DNA from: Candidatus Omnitrophota bacterium
GTDB taxonomy: Bacteria; Omnitrophota; Gorgyraeia; Gygaellales; Profunditerraquicolaceae
DNA length: 64,000 nucleotides
Direction: 5' to 3'
Assembly: GCA_050012075.1 (NCBI GenBank)
Contig: JBEKHW010000001.1
Coordinates: 4,766 to 68,765, forward strand
Shown here in pieces: positions 8,896-18,216 of the stretch (position 1 is the stretch's first letter; each line of letters opens with the position of its first letter). Below the pieces are notes generated by a model, which worked only from the letters and a program-made list of their open reading frames with translations, had not been told where the DNA came from and did not search any database. The position numbers and the translations under genes were made by a program.

Positions 8896-9375
8896 TTATA
8901 GTGGATCCTGCGCCTTATTCAAAATCGAATCAATCTCCCGAGTATCATTTCGAGCCCGCTCCTCTTCCCGCGCCTGCTTATGGAGCTGCTGTAGTTGCCA
9001 TTCTCCTTGCTGCCGCACTTGCTTATGGAACTGCTGTATTTGCCATTCTTCTTCCTGCCGCGCCTGCTTTAAGTTTGCCTTTGGATTTTCTTTTTGTTTC
9101 GCTTCAGATTGTCCTTCTCTTAACGGGAGCTGTTCTTGTCGTATATGAACCTGGGGTTTAATCTGTGGCGGAAATATTACCAAAACGGCGATAATTAAGA
9201 TACCGATAATTAAACCATATATTAAATCTTTTTTAATACTGCGGCTTATAGGTAATACCAATGGCCTATGGCAATAATCGCACACTACCGCGGTATCCAA
9301 AACCATTCTTGCACAATAAGGACATTTTTTCACCGCTTGCTTCGGGTAAACAACTCTTAATGGTTTTTTATCCAT
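8896..9375 (-). CDS. zinc-ribbon membrane protein, cassette gene
   Basis: CPYC...CDYC zinc ribbon, one TM, Gln-rich tail with a 15-aa duplication. Confidence 0.7.
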   Translation of the reverse strand: MDKKPLRVVYPKQAVKKCPYCARMVLDTAVVCDYCHRPLVLPISRSIKKDLIYGLIIGILIIAVLVIFPPQIKPQVHIRQEQLPLREGQSEAKQKENPKANLKQARQEEEWQIQQFHKQVRQQGEWQLQQLHKQAREEERARNDTREIDSILNKAQDPL

Positions 9376-9401
9376 AGTATTCTGTGTGCATTATGAGGTG
9401 C

Positions 9402-9438
9402 TATTTATCTAAAGGGTGGTACCCCGGGGAACGTTCCC
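9402..9438. repeat. cassette end motif TATTTATCTAAAGGGTGGTACC-N-GGGAACGTYCC (copies 9402, 10128, 11113, 12305, 13118)
   Basis: Five alignable copies, each shortly downstream of a cassette stop codon. Confidence 0.85.
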
Positions 9439-9457
9439 TTATCCCCGTCTTATATCT

Positions 9458-9796
9458 TTAGCCTTGGCTTTGCATTTTGACTGTTATTGCTTTTATAAAT
9501 TTTATCCCTAGGCTACTAATTGTACTACCAACTATAACAATAAACAGCATAAACAAATAATATAAAAATACATTTACAATCTTTCTTAATTCTGGATCTA
9601 ATGTAATCTTTATTAGTGTAGGCTGACTAGCTGCATCAGAGGATGCTGAAAGGCTTAAACTCTGCATCTGAAATAGTTCAGGTGGGTTGGCTGTATTTGT
9701 AAAGACATTACACATAGAATAGAATGCAAACAATATGCAGATTAGTCCTATACAAAACATAACATAACCGAATATCTTTTCTGTATCTGAACTCAT
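9458..9796 (-). CDS. membrane protein (2 TM), cassette gene
   Basis: GGAGGT RBS before ATG 9796; two hydrophobic helices. Confidence 0.7.
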   Translation of the reverse strand: MSSDTEKIFGYVMFCIGLICILFAFYSMCNVFTNTANPPELFQMQSLSLSASSDAASQPTLIKITLDPELRKIVNVFLYYLFMLFIVIVGSTISSLGIKFIKAITVKMQSQG

Positions 9797-9907
9797 TTCT
9801 ACCTCCTTCCAACAAAAAAGCAACCCTGTATATCTGATAAGCGCTACCCCGCCACTGCAAATATTAGATATAATTATATCTTGGATAATCGATCAATTCA
9901 AGATAAT

Positions 9908-10163
9908 CAGATACTGCCCAAAATAAAGGATCCCAAGCCTTTTCCGCGCCTGGGATTAAAATTAAAGCAGCCACTGGCGTATTGCTTTAATTTTACGCCG
10001 AGCTCTGCGAGGCGAAATTAAAACAGCCACTCGATTTAGCCGTGCCTTTGGCGTTTACGGCTAAATCGCCCTTCGCTCTGCGAAGGGGGTTGCTTATGCC
10101 AAAATCACACCGAGCTATGCTCGGTGCTATTTACCTAAAGGGTGGCACCTTCGGGAACGTCCC
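9908..10163. repeat. composite inter-cassette repeat unit
   Basis: Nearly identical to 12085-12341; related to 10855-11149 and 13054-13154. Confidence 0.9.
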
Positions 10164-10180
10164 TATATCTCAAGTCCCTA

Positions 10181-10831
10181 TTATTTTATACTGACATTAA
10201 TTTCATCAGAGCCGAATGACTGCCCTGATCCATCTCTTCCGCCGGCTGATATTTCTAGCTGGCTCGGAGAAGCATTGCCGGGTATAGTAAATACCAGCTC
10301 AAAAGGCGGCTCTGTATCAAGGGCTGATGCGTATGCTCCAGCGCCTATTAAAACCATAGTAACCCCTCTGTCGGCATCTACCTTGACATGCACTGTATCC
10401 CCGGGATGAAACACATCGCCTTCCCTAGGAGAAACTATCTTTACGGCAATTGTTTTATTCGGCTTTATCATGCTGTTTTCTACCTTACGTAACATGGATT
10501 TAACACGAGAAATTTCATCTATTCTTTTGGCCTGTCTCTGATTTCCCTCTTCGATGTATAATTGCTTTGCCTGCAGATAATTTTGTTCTGCTTTCTGATT
10601 GTCTCCCAAGTGCGCATAGACTTCTCCCAGTTGGAAATAGGCATCTGCATAGTTCGGCTGCAGTTCAATGGCCTTTTGGAGACTAAGAATGGCCTTCTCA
10701 TATTCACCGGATATACAATATTCATAACCTTCTTTGTAATATGTACCTGACTCGCTTGCAAATGCCGATAAAGCCAACAAACACAAAAACACGCTACACA
10801 CTAATACCGACCCTATTCCAATCTTCTTCAT
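10181..10831 (-). CDS. exported TPR-repeat protein with C-terminal Ig-like beta domain
   Basis: Signal peptide; TPR (KAIELQPNYADAYFQLGEVY); beta-rich tail (IVSPREGDVFHPGDTV); AGGAGG RBS. Confidence 0.8.
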   Translation of the reverse strand: MKKIGIGSVLVCSVFLCLLALSAFASESGTYYKEGYEYCISGEYEKAILSLQKAIELQPNYADAYFQLGEVYAHLGDNQKAEQNYLQAKQLYIEEGNQRQAKRIDEISRVKSMLRKVENSMIKPNKTIAVKIVSPREGDVFHPGDTVHVKVDADRGVTMVLIGAGAYASALDTEPPFELVFTIPGNASPSQLEISAGGRDGSGQSFGSDEINVSIK

Positions 10832-10854
10832 TCTTCCTCCTTATCTATATTAAG

Positions 10855-11149
10855 ATTATACCGCCCAAAATAAAAAATCCCAAGCGTTTTCACGCCTGGG
10901 ACCGTCTTGCAACTACCTGCTTTATAAAGAGTTGATTTCGGCGTGCCCCCTGCGTTTTGATTTTGGCATACCTCTCGATTTAGCCGTGCCTTTGGCGTTT
11001 ACGGCTAAATCGCCCTTCGCTCTGCGAAGGGGGTTGTTTATACCAAAAACATCCTTCACGGTGTGAAGGATATGGCGTAAACGCCGAAATCACACCGAGC
11101 TATGCTCGGTGCTATTTATCTAAAGGGTGGTACCCTGGGGAACGTCCCC
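10855..11149. repeat. composite inter-cassette repeat unit
   Basis: Terminator/promoter module, nested family-A hairpins and end motif. Confidence 0.9.
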
Positions 11150-11162
11150 TATATTCATCCCC

Positions 11163-11561
11163 CTATCTTTTCGAAAAGTCATGTTTCATAATAAAGACTA
11201 TAATTACCCCAGTTGCGATAAACACCAATATGAGGAATAACGGAATCCTACTGAAGCTCTCAGCTATCGGATAGGGAAGCAACGGGTCGATCATTATTAT
11301 TGATAGAAGGCTATATATAATCGCCGGTATCTTGGCTTGACCCTTCAAAATAAGGATAAGCGCAAGAATTAAGCATATTATAGCGGGGATAACAATCAAT
11401 AAAGGCAGAAATCCTCCTAAAAGATTCCAGCCTCCGTGACGATTAGTCTCAACAATTGAAAAAACGATAACAAGAAATGCTAAACACTGCAATATAAAGA
11501 GAGCTGTAGCAGCAATAAATAGACCACTATATTTTTTGTGCTGATTTCCTGCCATATGCAA
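11163..11561 (-). CDS. membrane protein (~4 TM), cassette gene
   Basis: Highly hydrophobic 132-aa ORF. Confidence 0.65.
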   Translation of the reverse strand: MHMAGNQHKKYSGLFIAATALFILQCLAFLVIVFSIVETNRHGGWNLLGGFLPLLIVIPAIICLILALILILKGQAKIPAIIYSLLSIIMIDPLLPYPIAESFSRIPLFLILVFIATGVIIVFIMKHDFSKR

Positions 11562-11585
11562 ACCTTCGATCGATGCGATCCGCTC

Positions 11586-12014
11586 CTAGGGAACGTTCCC
11601 CATTCTTCCAAATTGTTCCCTTATCTCTGAGCGGGTAAGATAGTAAATCTCCCAAATAAAATAAATGATACCTACAGATAAAACGATATATCTACCTAAG
11701 TAATATAATATTTTATCTGGATAACTTTTCAAGGTCACTACAAAGACTATCCCCAAAACCAATATTCCAAATATTGCAAAAATGATATTTTCTTTTCTTG
11801 CCTTAATCCTCAATTTAAAGGTAAAAAATCCTAATTGTATAAAATAAGCGGCAAACAGTAAATAGGGAATTATTACGAACGCTAATGCCAATAAAGAAAA
11901 AATCCAATGGGGATTCTTAATTATGGCCTGGAATACAAGACCTATTAGAAAAATACCCATAAAAAAATTGATGCCAATGATTAGGTTAATTCCCGCTGGC
12001 CTTTTATTCCCCAT
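11586..12014 (-). CDS. membrane protein (~4 TM), cassette gene
   Basis: AGGAGG RBS before ATG 12014; C-terminal GNVP* is encoded by the GGGAACGTTCCC motif. Confidence 0.7.
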   Translation of the reverse strand: MGNKRPAGINLIIGINFFMGIFLIGLVFQAIIKNPHWIFSLLALAFVIIPYLLFAAYFIQLGFFTFKLRIKARKENIIFAIFGILVLGIVFVVTLKSYPDKILYYLGRYIVLSVGIIYFIWEIYYLTRSEIREQFGRMGNVP

Positions 12015-12084
12015 CCCTCCTCCTTGTCCACGTGGACAACACCCGCGCAATACCGATAAGCGCGGAGTGCTAGTCCACATTGTA

Positions 12085-12341
12085 ATTATACCGCCCATAA
12101 CAAAAAATCCCAAGCCTTTTCCGCGCCTGGGATTAAAATTAAAGCAGCCACTGGCGTATTGCTTTAATTTTACGCCGAGCTCTGCGAGGCGAAATTAAAG
12201 CAGCCTCTCGATTTAGCTGTGCCTTTGGCGTTTACGGCTAAATCGCCCTTCGCTCTGCGAAGGGGGTTGCTTATGCCGAAATCACACCGAGCTATGCTCG
12301 GTGCTATTTATCTAAAGTGTAGCATCCTCGATAACGCCCCC
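12085..12341. repeat. composite inter-cassette repeat unit
   Basis: Near-copy of 9908-10163. Confidence 0.9.
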
Positions 12342-12436
12342 TATTTTCGAGGCGAAACAATAGCCGCCTCTCTTTGAGGTGACATTTTGGCACCTCTAGC
12401 GCCCAAACTTGAAGTCACAATTTGTGATTTCAAGTT

Positions 12437-12943
12437 TTATCTTTTGGCAAAACCAATAATTCTTTTTTCCTCAGCCTTTGGTTGCTCAAGGAGTCTTTTA
12501 ATAGCTTCAAATACTGCGGCAAACTGTTTGTCATATTTATCTTCCATCTCTTCAATCTTACGCTTAAGATCTTTATGCGTTAAAAGCATGCGCCTGAAAT
12601 ATGTGAATGCGCGCATAATCTGGATATTCACCTGTATTGCTTTTGTGCTATTCAAAACACTCGAAAGCATTGCCACGCCTTGCTCCGTAAAAACATAAGG
12701 GAGATATCTTCTTCCGCCTCTTTTTGAGGTCACAAATTGTGACCTCAAAGCAGTAAACTCTCTTGCTTTTAATTGCCACATAAAATCATCTGGAAAACGT
12801 TCAGAATTTCGTTTTACTGCCTGAACAAGCGCTTTTGTTTCTACGCCATAAAGTTCTGCTAGGTCGCTATCCAACATCACCCTTTTTCCTCTTATCTGGT
12901 ATATTCTAGCCACAATTACTTCTACAGAAACTGAATTTGCCAT
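12437..12943 (-). CDS. ORF6N-domain (KilA-N-like) DNA-binding protein
   Basis: [55 protein letters not shown] and RIIGF motifs. Confidence 0.92.
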   Translation of the reverse strand: MANSVSVEVIVARIYQIRGKRVMLDSDLAELYGVETKALVQAVKRNSERFPDDFMWQLKAREFTALRSQFVTSKRGGRRYLPYVFTEQGVAMLSSVLNSTKAIQVNIQIMRAFTYFRRMLLTHKDLKRKIEEMEDKYDKQFAAVFEAIKRLLEQPKAEEKRIIGFAKR

Positions 12944-13053
12944 TTTTGAACCTCCGGCCTTAATAGACGTAAGAAGTGGTAGAATCTAACATATACCCCG
13001 GCAAGGACAACAACGCCCGATCCTATCGGATGAATCGGCGTATTGCCCTCTGC

Positions 13054-13154
13054 AATAAAAATCCCAAGCCTTTTCCGCGCCTGGGATCGTCTTGCAACTA
13101 TCTGGTCTATAAACAGTTATTTATCTAAAGGGTGGTACCTTCGGGAACGTCCCC
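13054..13154. repeat. minimal (insertion-free) inter-cassette unit
   Basis: Hairpin + CGTCTTGCAACTA...TATAAA + end motif, without family-A hairpins. Confidence 0.8.
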
Positions 13155-13275
13155 ATATTTTGCCATATTCTGGAACGTCCCTCTATTTCCCTGTAATCTA
13201 TCGGGGCATCCCACCAAACATCACCATTCTCAGAAAACTATTTTGAATTAAGTATCATATCCCTGAAACTCCCAT

Positions 13276-14418
13276 TTATATTTCCTTAAAATCATGGGGT
13301 ACTTCGATATGTCTATTTATGGACCCCCACAAGGAAAAGATTGCAGGATATGCTTTTTCTACTGCGATAACATCATCTTTTCTAAATTCTGGTATATTTA
13401 TTGCTGTAAAAAAGAAATTTTTAGCAGGATCTATTTGGTCCTTCCCAATATAATGATACGGATGATTCGTAAAAAAAAGAAATGCTGGTTTAATTGAATT
13501 TTCTTTTTTCTGTTGAACTTCAATTTGGCCAATAATTTTTACAAGAGGATTAAACCAGCTTATTTTAAAATTCCTTTCTTCTTCAGGAGGCATATTCACA
13601 TCTATAAAAATTATTCGTGCAAAGTCGGCGTGTTTCTTAAGCGCATCATTTAGGAGCTGCCCAATCCTGAACTTAATTTGACCTAAATCTTGTGGTTCTC
13701 CTTTTTGCCCAAGAAAACCGGGGCGATGACGACTTTTAGCCTCAACGGAATACTTATTATTAGTTTCCTTATGAGTTGCTAAAAATTCGCAGTGGGAGCT
13801 TGTTCTATTACTCTCATCCTCAAGTTGGATATTGAAGCCGGCTTTAATAAAAGAGGCGGTAACATATAATTCGTACCTAGCCCCCTGAAATTGGTCTTTA
13901 TTTTTGAGGCGCTCAATTAAGCTTTTTTGCAATAAAGAATGGTGGCGAAGCAGATAAAGATTATACGCTAAAGAAAGGTAGGCACCAACAGTTCCTGTGC
14001 AAGTTGCCACATATAGATCTCCTTCCTTAGCTACATTTCTCTTCTGAAACTCACACAATTCCCTATACCATTGAAGAATGGGATGCATTTCAGAAATATC
14101 TTTCTTTAATTCTATTGTTCCCCATTCAGGACCGAGGCATTGTTTTATATAATCCCCAAGGAAATCGTGAACAGTTTTCCACTTTTTTGAAGAATGCAGT
14201 TGGTTACCAACAGCGACCATTTTGTAACCATGAAAATCGGTGGATATGAATGGTCGGATATCACCGTATTTTTGTTTAGCGAGATGCTGATGTTTTAACT
14301 TTTCTTCAATTTCTTTTATCACTTCTGGAGGAATGCTATTGGAATGATTAAAGCCGCAACATTTCTTATATTTCTTACCACTGCCACAAGTACAAGGATC
14401 ATTTCTTCCAACTTTCAT
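13276..14418 (-). CDS. SEC-C motif protein with possible PD-(D/E)xK-like domain
   Basis: [21 protein letters not shown]-terminus; E..V....GF...EF....VEAKSR pattern. Confidence 0.75.
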   Translation of the reverse strand: MKVGRNDPCTCGSGKKYKKCCGFNHSNSIPPEVIKEIEEKLKHQHLAKQKYGDIRPFISTDFHGYKMVAVGNQLHSSKKWKTVHDFLGDYIKQCLGPEWGTIELKKDISEMHPILQWYRELCEFQKRNVAKEGDLYVATCTGTVGAYLSLAYNLYLLRHHSLLQKSLIERLKNKDQFQGARYELYVTASFIKAGFNIQLEDESNRTSSHCEFLATHKETNNKYSVEAKSRHRPGFLGQKGEPQDLGQIKFRIGQLLNDALKKHADFARIIFIDVNMPPEEERNFKISWFNPLVKIIGQIEVQQKKENSIKPAFLFFTNHPYHYIGKDQIDPAKNFFFTAINIPEFRKDDVIAVEKAYPAIFSLWGSINRHIEVPHDFKEI

Positions 14419-14490
14419 TTCCTAATCTATTCTTTTTTCTCCAATTATACCACTCCAATTCCAAAATTATACTGTGGGACATTCCCCATC

Positions 14491-14690
14491 TCTAACGGGT
14501 GGCTGCGGAGCTGAAGTCATTCGCGGGTGACGAGGCATGTTTTGAGCAGGGCGTAACGCAGGCCGAACGGGCACGGTTCACCCGCTATAAAAAAGTCAGT
14601 GAGAGTGAGGCCGAGTAGCCGAGCGTGATTTTCCACGCTGGGGAAAATCACGCGGCCCTGCGAGAAATATGCCTCGGCAGGACCCGCGAC
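14491..14690. repeat. palindromic element family B, long form
   Basis: Homologous in inverted orientation to 46736-46933; shares ends with the short B copies. Confidence 0.85.
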
Positions 14691-14695
14691 CTAGT

Positions 14696-16525
14696 TTAAA
14701 TCCGCCCAGAAACTTCTACCATCTTGCGAATTTCTTTATTCACAGGATGCCGCAGCAACTCCTCAAGCGAAATCGGTATGCGTAGCGACCAGTTTTTGGG
14801 ATTGACTGTGCCAGGAGTATTAATGCGGAACTGATACGCATCGCCCTGAAATGTATCGGCTAAATACAGCCAGTCAACAATCGTATTGACGCAGAATATG
14901 GCACTTGAATCAAGGGTTAACTTTAAGGCAGCGCGGATAATCTCTTTATCACATTTCTCCCGCATCGTCCCCTCTAACCCAAGCAGCTTCCAGAGTTTCT
15001 CCTTCTCATGGAAACTATTCTCATACAAATCTATGAAATCAGCTAAATCCTCTTTTTTGCGGGCTAACCCCTCAACAACCTTCTCTACCGAATTAATCTC
15101 TTCCTTCCAGCGTAACCTTGCGTAACGCGAGCGTTTGCTGTCAAAGAGCTTTACTTTTGCCGCCGCTACGTCAATATTGCGGTGGTCTCTGCATCTTCTG
15201 GTAAACAGCCCTTCATCAATTGTGCCTGCCTCATTCTCCCACCAGGCAGCCCAATTCGTAGTATCGTGCGTAGATAACATGGCAACAGAAAGCCCCCGGT
15301 ATTCCTCGGGCTTTAAGAAATCATGCCGCACCTTCCATTCCTTTCTCCAGCGCTGCACATCATTACCCGGGATTCCGAACTCCTGGAGACCGTCAGTGCA
15401 GGCCTTTGGTATAACACCCAGGTCCTCTGCGCAAAGCAGCATATCGGTATTATCAAGGAAGGCACTTAATAACTTCCTGCCGCGAGCATCCCACTGCGTT
15501 TCATCCGAGGGGTCAAAAAATCCATTGAGCCCCGCGTTCTCAAGCGGCTCATTATAAGGTATGCTCCAGATGCGGAAAAGCCCGACCACATGGTCAATCC
15601 TTATAATATCGTAAAACTCCCTGGCGTATTTTAATTTCTCTTTCAGGTAACGGAAACCGTCGGAAGCGATTTTCTCCCAGTTGTAGGTGGAGCTGCCCCA
15701 GCGCTGGCCGAGGCTAGTATACATATCAGGAGGCGCGCCCGCTGCAAAATCCAGCTTGAAATATTCAGGGTGCTGCCAGACATCGGCGCTGTCGCGGGAA
15801 ACCAATATCGGTAAATCACCTTTAAATAAAATTCCCTTCCCCTTCGCGTATACTGCCGCACTCTTTAACTGCTCATGGAGAAGCCACTGCAGCCAGACGA
15901 AAAATCCTATATCTTCCTCTTTTTGACGGGAAAACTCCTTAAGGGAAGCGTCATTACGGTATCTATATTTAGCATCCCAGGCATACCAAGGCAGGCCCCC
16001 ATGATAATCCTTAAGCGCCTTATAGAGCGCGAAATCAAAAAGCCAGTATGCATTTTTCCCTTTGAATTTTTCTAATTCCTTGTCAGGACGGCGGCCATAT
16101 TGCAGATACAACTTACGTAACATGTCTATCTTGGCTTCTTTTATCCCATAATCAAAATACAATGTATCCGGAGGGAATTTATTTTTTAAGTTTTCTACTT
16201 CGCTTTTATCCACTGAAATCGGCGCAGGTAACTCGGCGAAGGAAAAATAAGCCGGCTCAAGGGCAAAAGAACTTTCCGCGTCATACGGGCAGAAAAGGGC
16301 GCCCGTCTCATTTAAAGGCAATAGCTGCAAAATAGAGTTGCCGGTTTCCGCTGCCCAGTAAATAAACAGTTTTAAATCGGAGAAATCGCCTATGCCTAGA
16401 CTTGTCTTTGAATGGAGGGAGAAAAGCGGAACAGCTACCCCTGCCCTCTTTTTTACGCCGGCTCTTCTCCATTTATCCTGGGATTTGCCGACGAGGAGAG
16501 ATTCTTTAAGGTCGGGTGTATCCAT
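14696..16525 (-). CDS. malQ: 4-alpha-glucanotransferase (amylomaltase, GH77)
   Basis: GIGDF, LQLLPLN, GDLPI, GAPPD, GQRWG, RIDHVVG, AEDLG, THD and INTPGT motifs. Confidence 0.93.
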   Translation of the reverse strand: MDTPDLKESLLVGKSQDKWRRAGVKKRAGVAVPLFSLHSKTSLGIGDFSDLKLFIYWAAETGNSILQLLPLNETGALFCPYDAESSFALEPAYFSFAELPAPISVDKSEVENLKNKFPPDTLYFDYGIKEAKIDMLRKLYLQYGRRPDKELEKFKGKNAYWLFDFALYKALKDYHGGLPWYAWDAKYRYRNDASLKEFSRQKEEDIGFFVWLQWLLHEQLKSAAVYAKGKGILFKGDLPILVSRDSADVWQHPEYFKLDFAAGAPPDMYTSLGQRWGSSTYNWEKIASDGFRYLKEKLKYAREFYDIIRIDHVVGLFRIWSIPYNEPLENAGLNGFFDPSDETQWDARGRKLLSAFLDNTDMLLCAEDLGVIPKACTDGLQEFGIPGNDVQRWRKEWKVRHDFLKPEEYRGLSVAMLSTHDTTNWAAWWENEAGTIDEGLFTRRCRDHRNIDVAAAKVKLFDSKRSRYARLRWKEEINSVEKVVEGLARKKEDLADFIDLYENSFHEKEKLWKLLGLEGTMREKCDKEIIRAALKLTLDSSAIFCVNTIVDWLYLADTFQGDAYQFRINTPGTVNPKNWSLRIPISLEELLRHPVNKEIRKMVEVSGRI

Positions 16526-16528
16526 ATC

Positions 16529-17350
16529 TTACCTTACCAAAGGACAGGATAATAAAATGTATGCTATTTTGCTACCCCAGAAAAGAGAAATGATTGCGCC
16601 TATGGAAAGGAAAGGGCCATATGGTATTGTATGGTCTTTTTTTACGATAAGGTTTATGATACCGATTACAGCACCCAGGAGTGGGGCTATGAAGAAAGTA
16701 AGCACTGCTCTCTGCCAGCCAAGAAAAACGCCTATCATCGCCAGCAGTTTTACATCCCCGCCGCCCATGGATTCTGTCTCTCCCTGTATGGCAGGTTTTT
16801 TAAGCATCTTAAAATAAACCAGGTCAAATAATTTACCGGTAAGGTAAATTATGCCGCCGCCGACAACAGCGCCCAGAAGTGAATTAAGCATAGGCCAGTA
16901 ATTAAAAGAAAATGGGCTAAGGGAGACGCCTTTTATTGTCACCAATATAAACCCTGTGAGCATTCCCCCTAAGCTTATCTCATCGGGGATAATGCGATGG
17001 CCTATGTCTATAAAAGTAGCCACCATTAGTGCTACCACCAACACCATATAAAGGAAGAAATCATAGCTAAGGCCAAAACGGTCATAAAGAAAAACAAACA
17101 TCAGGGCAGTCAGGAACTCTACGAGCGGATAACGCAGGGAGATTTTTCCTTTGCAGAAGCGGCATCTACCGCCTAGCATAATATAACTTAAAAAAGGTAT
17201 ATTATCGTAAGCGGGGATTCTTTTCTTACAATGCGGGCAGTGGGAGCTCGGCCAAACAACAGATTCCCCAAGCGGCATGCGGTGTATGCAGACATTCACG
17301 AAACTGCCTATAATGGAACCGAAGATAAACGCGATTAGCTTTCCTATCAT
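16529..17350 (-). CDS. pilD: prepilin peptidase (A24A)
   Basis: GSFVNVCIHRMP, CxxC x2, MGGGDVKL and IPYGPFL motifs. Confidence 0.92.
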   Translation of the reverse strand: MIGKLIAFIFGSIIGSFVNVCIHRMPLGESVVWPSSHCPHCKKRIPAYDNIPFLSYIMLGGRCRFCKGKISLRYPLVEFLTALMFVFLYDRFGLSYDFFLYMVLVVALMVATFIDIGHRIIPDEISLGGMLTGFILVTIKGVSLSPFSFNYWPMLNSLLGAVVGGGIIYLTGKLFDLVYFKMLKKPAIQGETESMGGGDVKLLAMIGVFLGWQRAVLTFFIAPLLGAVIGIINLIVKKDHTIPYGPFLSIGAIISLFWGSKIAYILLSCPLVR

Positions 17351-18204
17351 AGCTTTTTTACTCCTTCTTCTAAGGCGCGGCGCATTATTTCTACAGGCGC
17401 ATCTCTACCCGTAAAGTGCTTGAAGGCAAGCACACCCTGGTATAAAAGCATACCCAAACCATTCGCACACGTTAGGCCTTTTTCCTTTGCCAGCTGTAAC
17501 AATTTTGTCTCCGGTGGATTGTAAATCAGGTCATAGACGAATAAGCCGGGGTGCAGCATATCTATGCTGACTAAACAAGGGTCAGATTCTTTCATCCCTA
17601 TCGGCGTGGCATTGACGAGGATATCCTTTTGTTTAATATCCAAATCGCTTATATTATCTACTGCCTTTACTTTAGAACCGGGGAATAAATTTTTTATTAA
17701 ATCCGCGATCCCCTTTGCCCTAATGGTATCCGCATCGTATACTGCGATATCCTTGGCACCCGCGGCGGCCAGCGCATACGCTACTGCCTTGCCCGCTCCT
17801 CCAGCTCCGAGCAATGCGACACTTTTTCCCTGCGGGCTGATACCATGCTCATGCAAATCTTTTCCAAAGCCGGGTATATCGGTATTAAACCCAATCCAGG
17901 CCCCATCCTGCAATACAATGGTGTTTACCGCTTTTATCTGCTTGAGGTAAAATGATTTCTGGTCCAGTTTGACAAAATCCAGTATCTTCTCTTTATAGGG
18001 AATGGTTACGTTTAACCCGGAAATATTTTCTTTGCTAAGCCCTGCCAGGAAATTATCCAGATCTTCCGGCTTCACTTCGAAAATGCGGTATTGCGCGTCT
18101 ATTTTTAAGGCGGCTAACGCCGCATTGTGCATGAGAGGTGATAAACTGTGTTTGGCAGGATAACCTAAAACACCGAAGATTTTTGGGGAAGCGATTTTGG
18201 CCAT
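17347..18204 (-). CDS. aroE: shikimate dehydrogenase
   Basis: HSLSPLMHN, NVTIPYK, NTD, GAGGAG, NATPIGM and DLIYNP motifs. Confidence 0.93.
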   Translation of the reverse strand: MAKIASPKIFGVLGYPAKHSLSPLMHNAALAALKIDAQYRIFEVKPEDLDNFLAGLSKENISGLNVTIPYKEKILDFVKLDQKSFYLKQIKAVNTIVLQDGAWIGFNTDIPGFGKDLHEHGISPQGKSVALLGAGGAGKAVAYALAAAGAKDIAVYDADTIRAKGIADLIKNLFPGSKVKAVDNISDLDIKQKDILVNATPIGMKESDPCLVSIDMLHPGLFVYDLIYNPPETKLLQLAKEKGLTCANGLGMLLYQGVLAFKHFTGRDAPVEIMRRALEEGVKKL

Positions 18205-18216
18205 TAAAAAGAAGGG

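Noticed and set aside
9410-9421. AAAGGGTGGT in the cassette end motif also occurs in the tRNA-Lys anticodon arm (39418-39427)
   Set aside because: Only ~10-11 bp of identity, which is compatible with chance; the flanks do not align.
8243-14690. Classical integron or CRISPR array
   Set aside because: No intI or cas gene is present. The repeats lack RYYYAAC...GTTRRRY attC boxes and are separated by whole genes, not 30-40 bp spacers.
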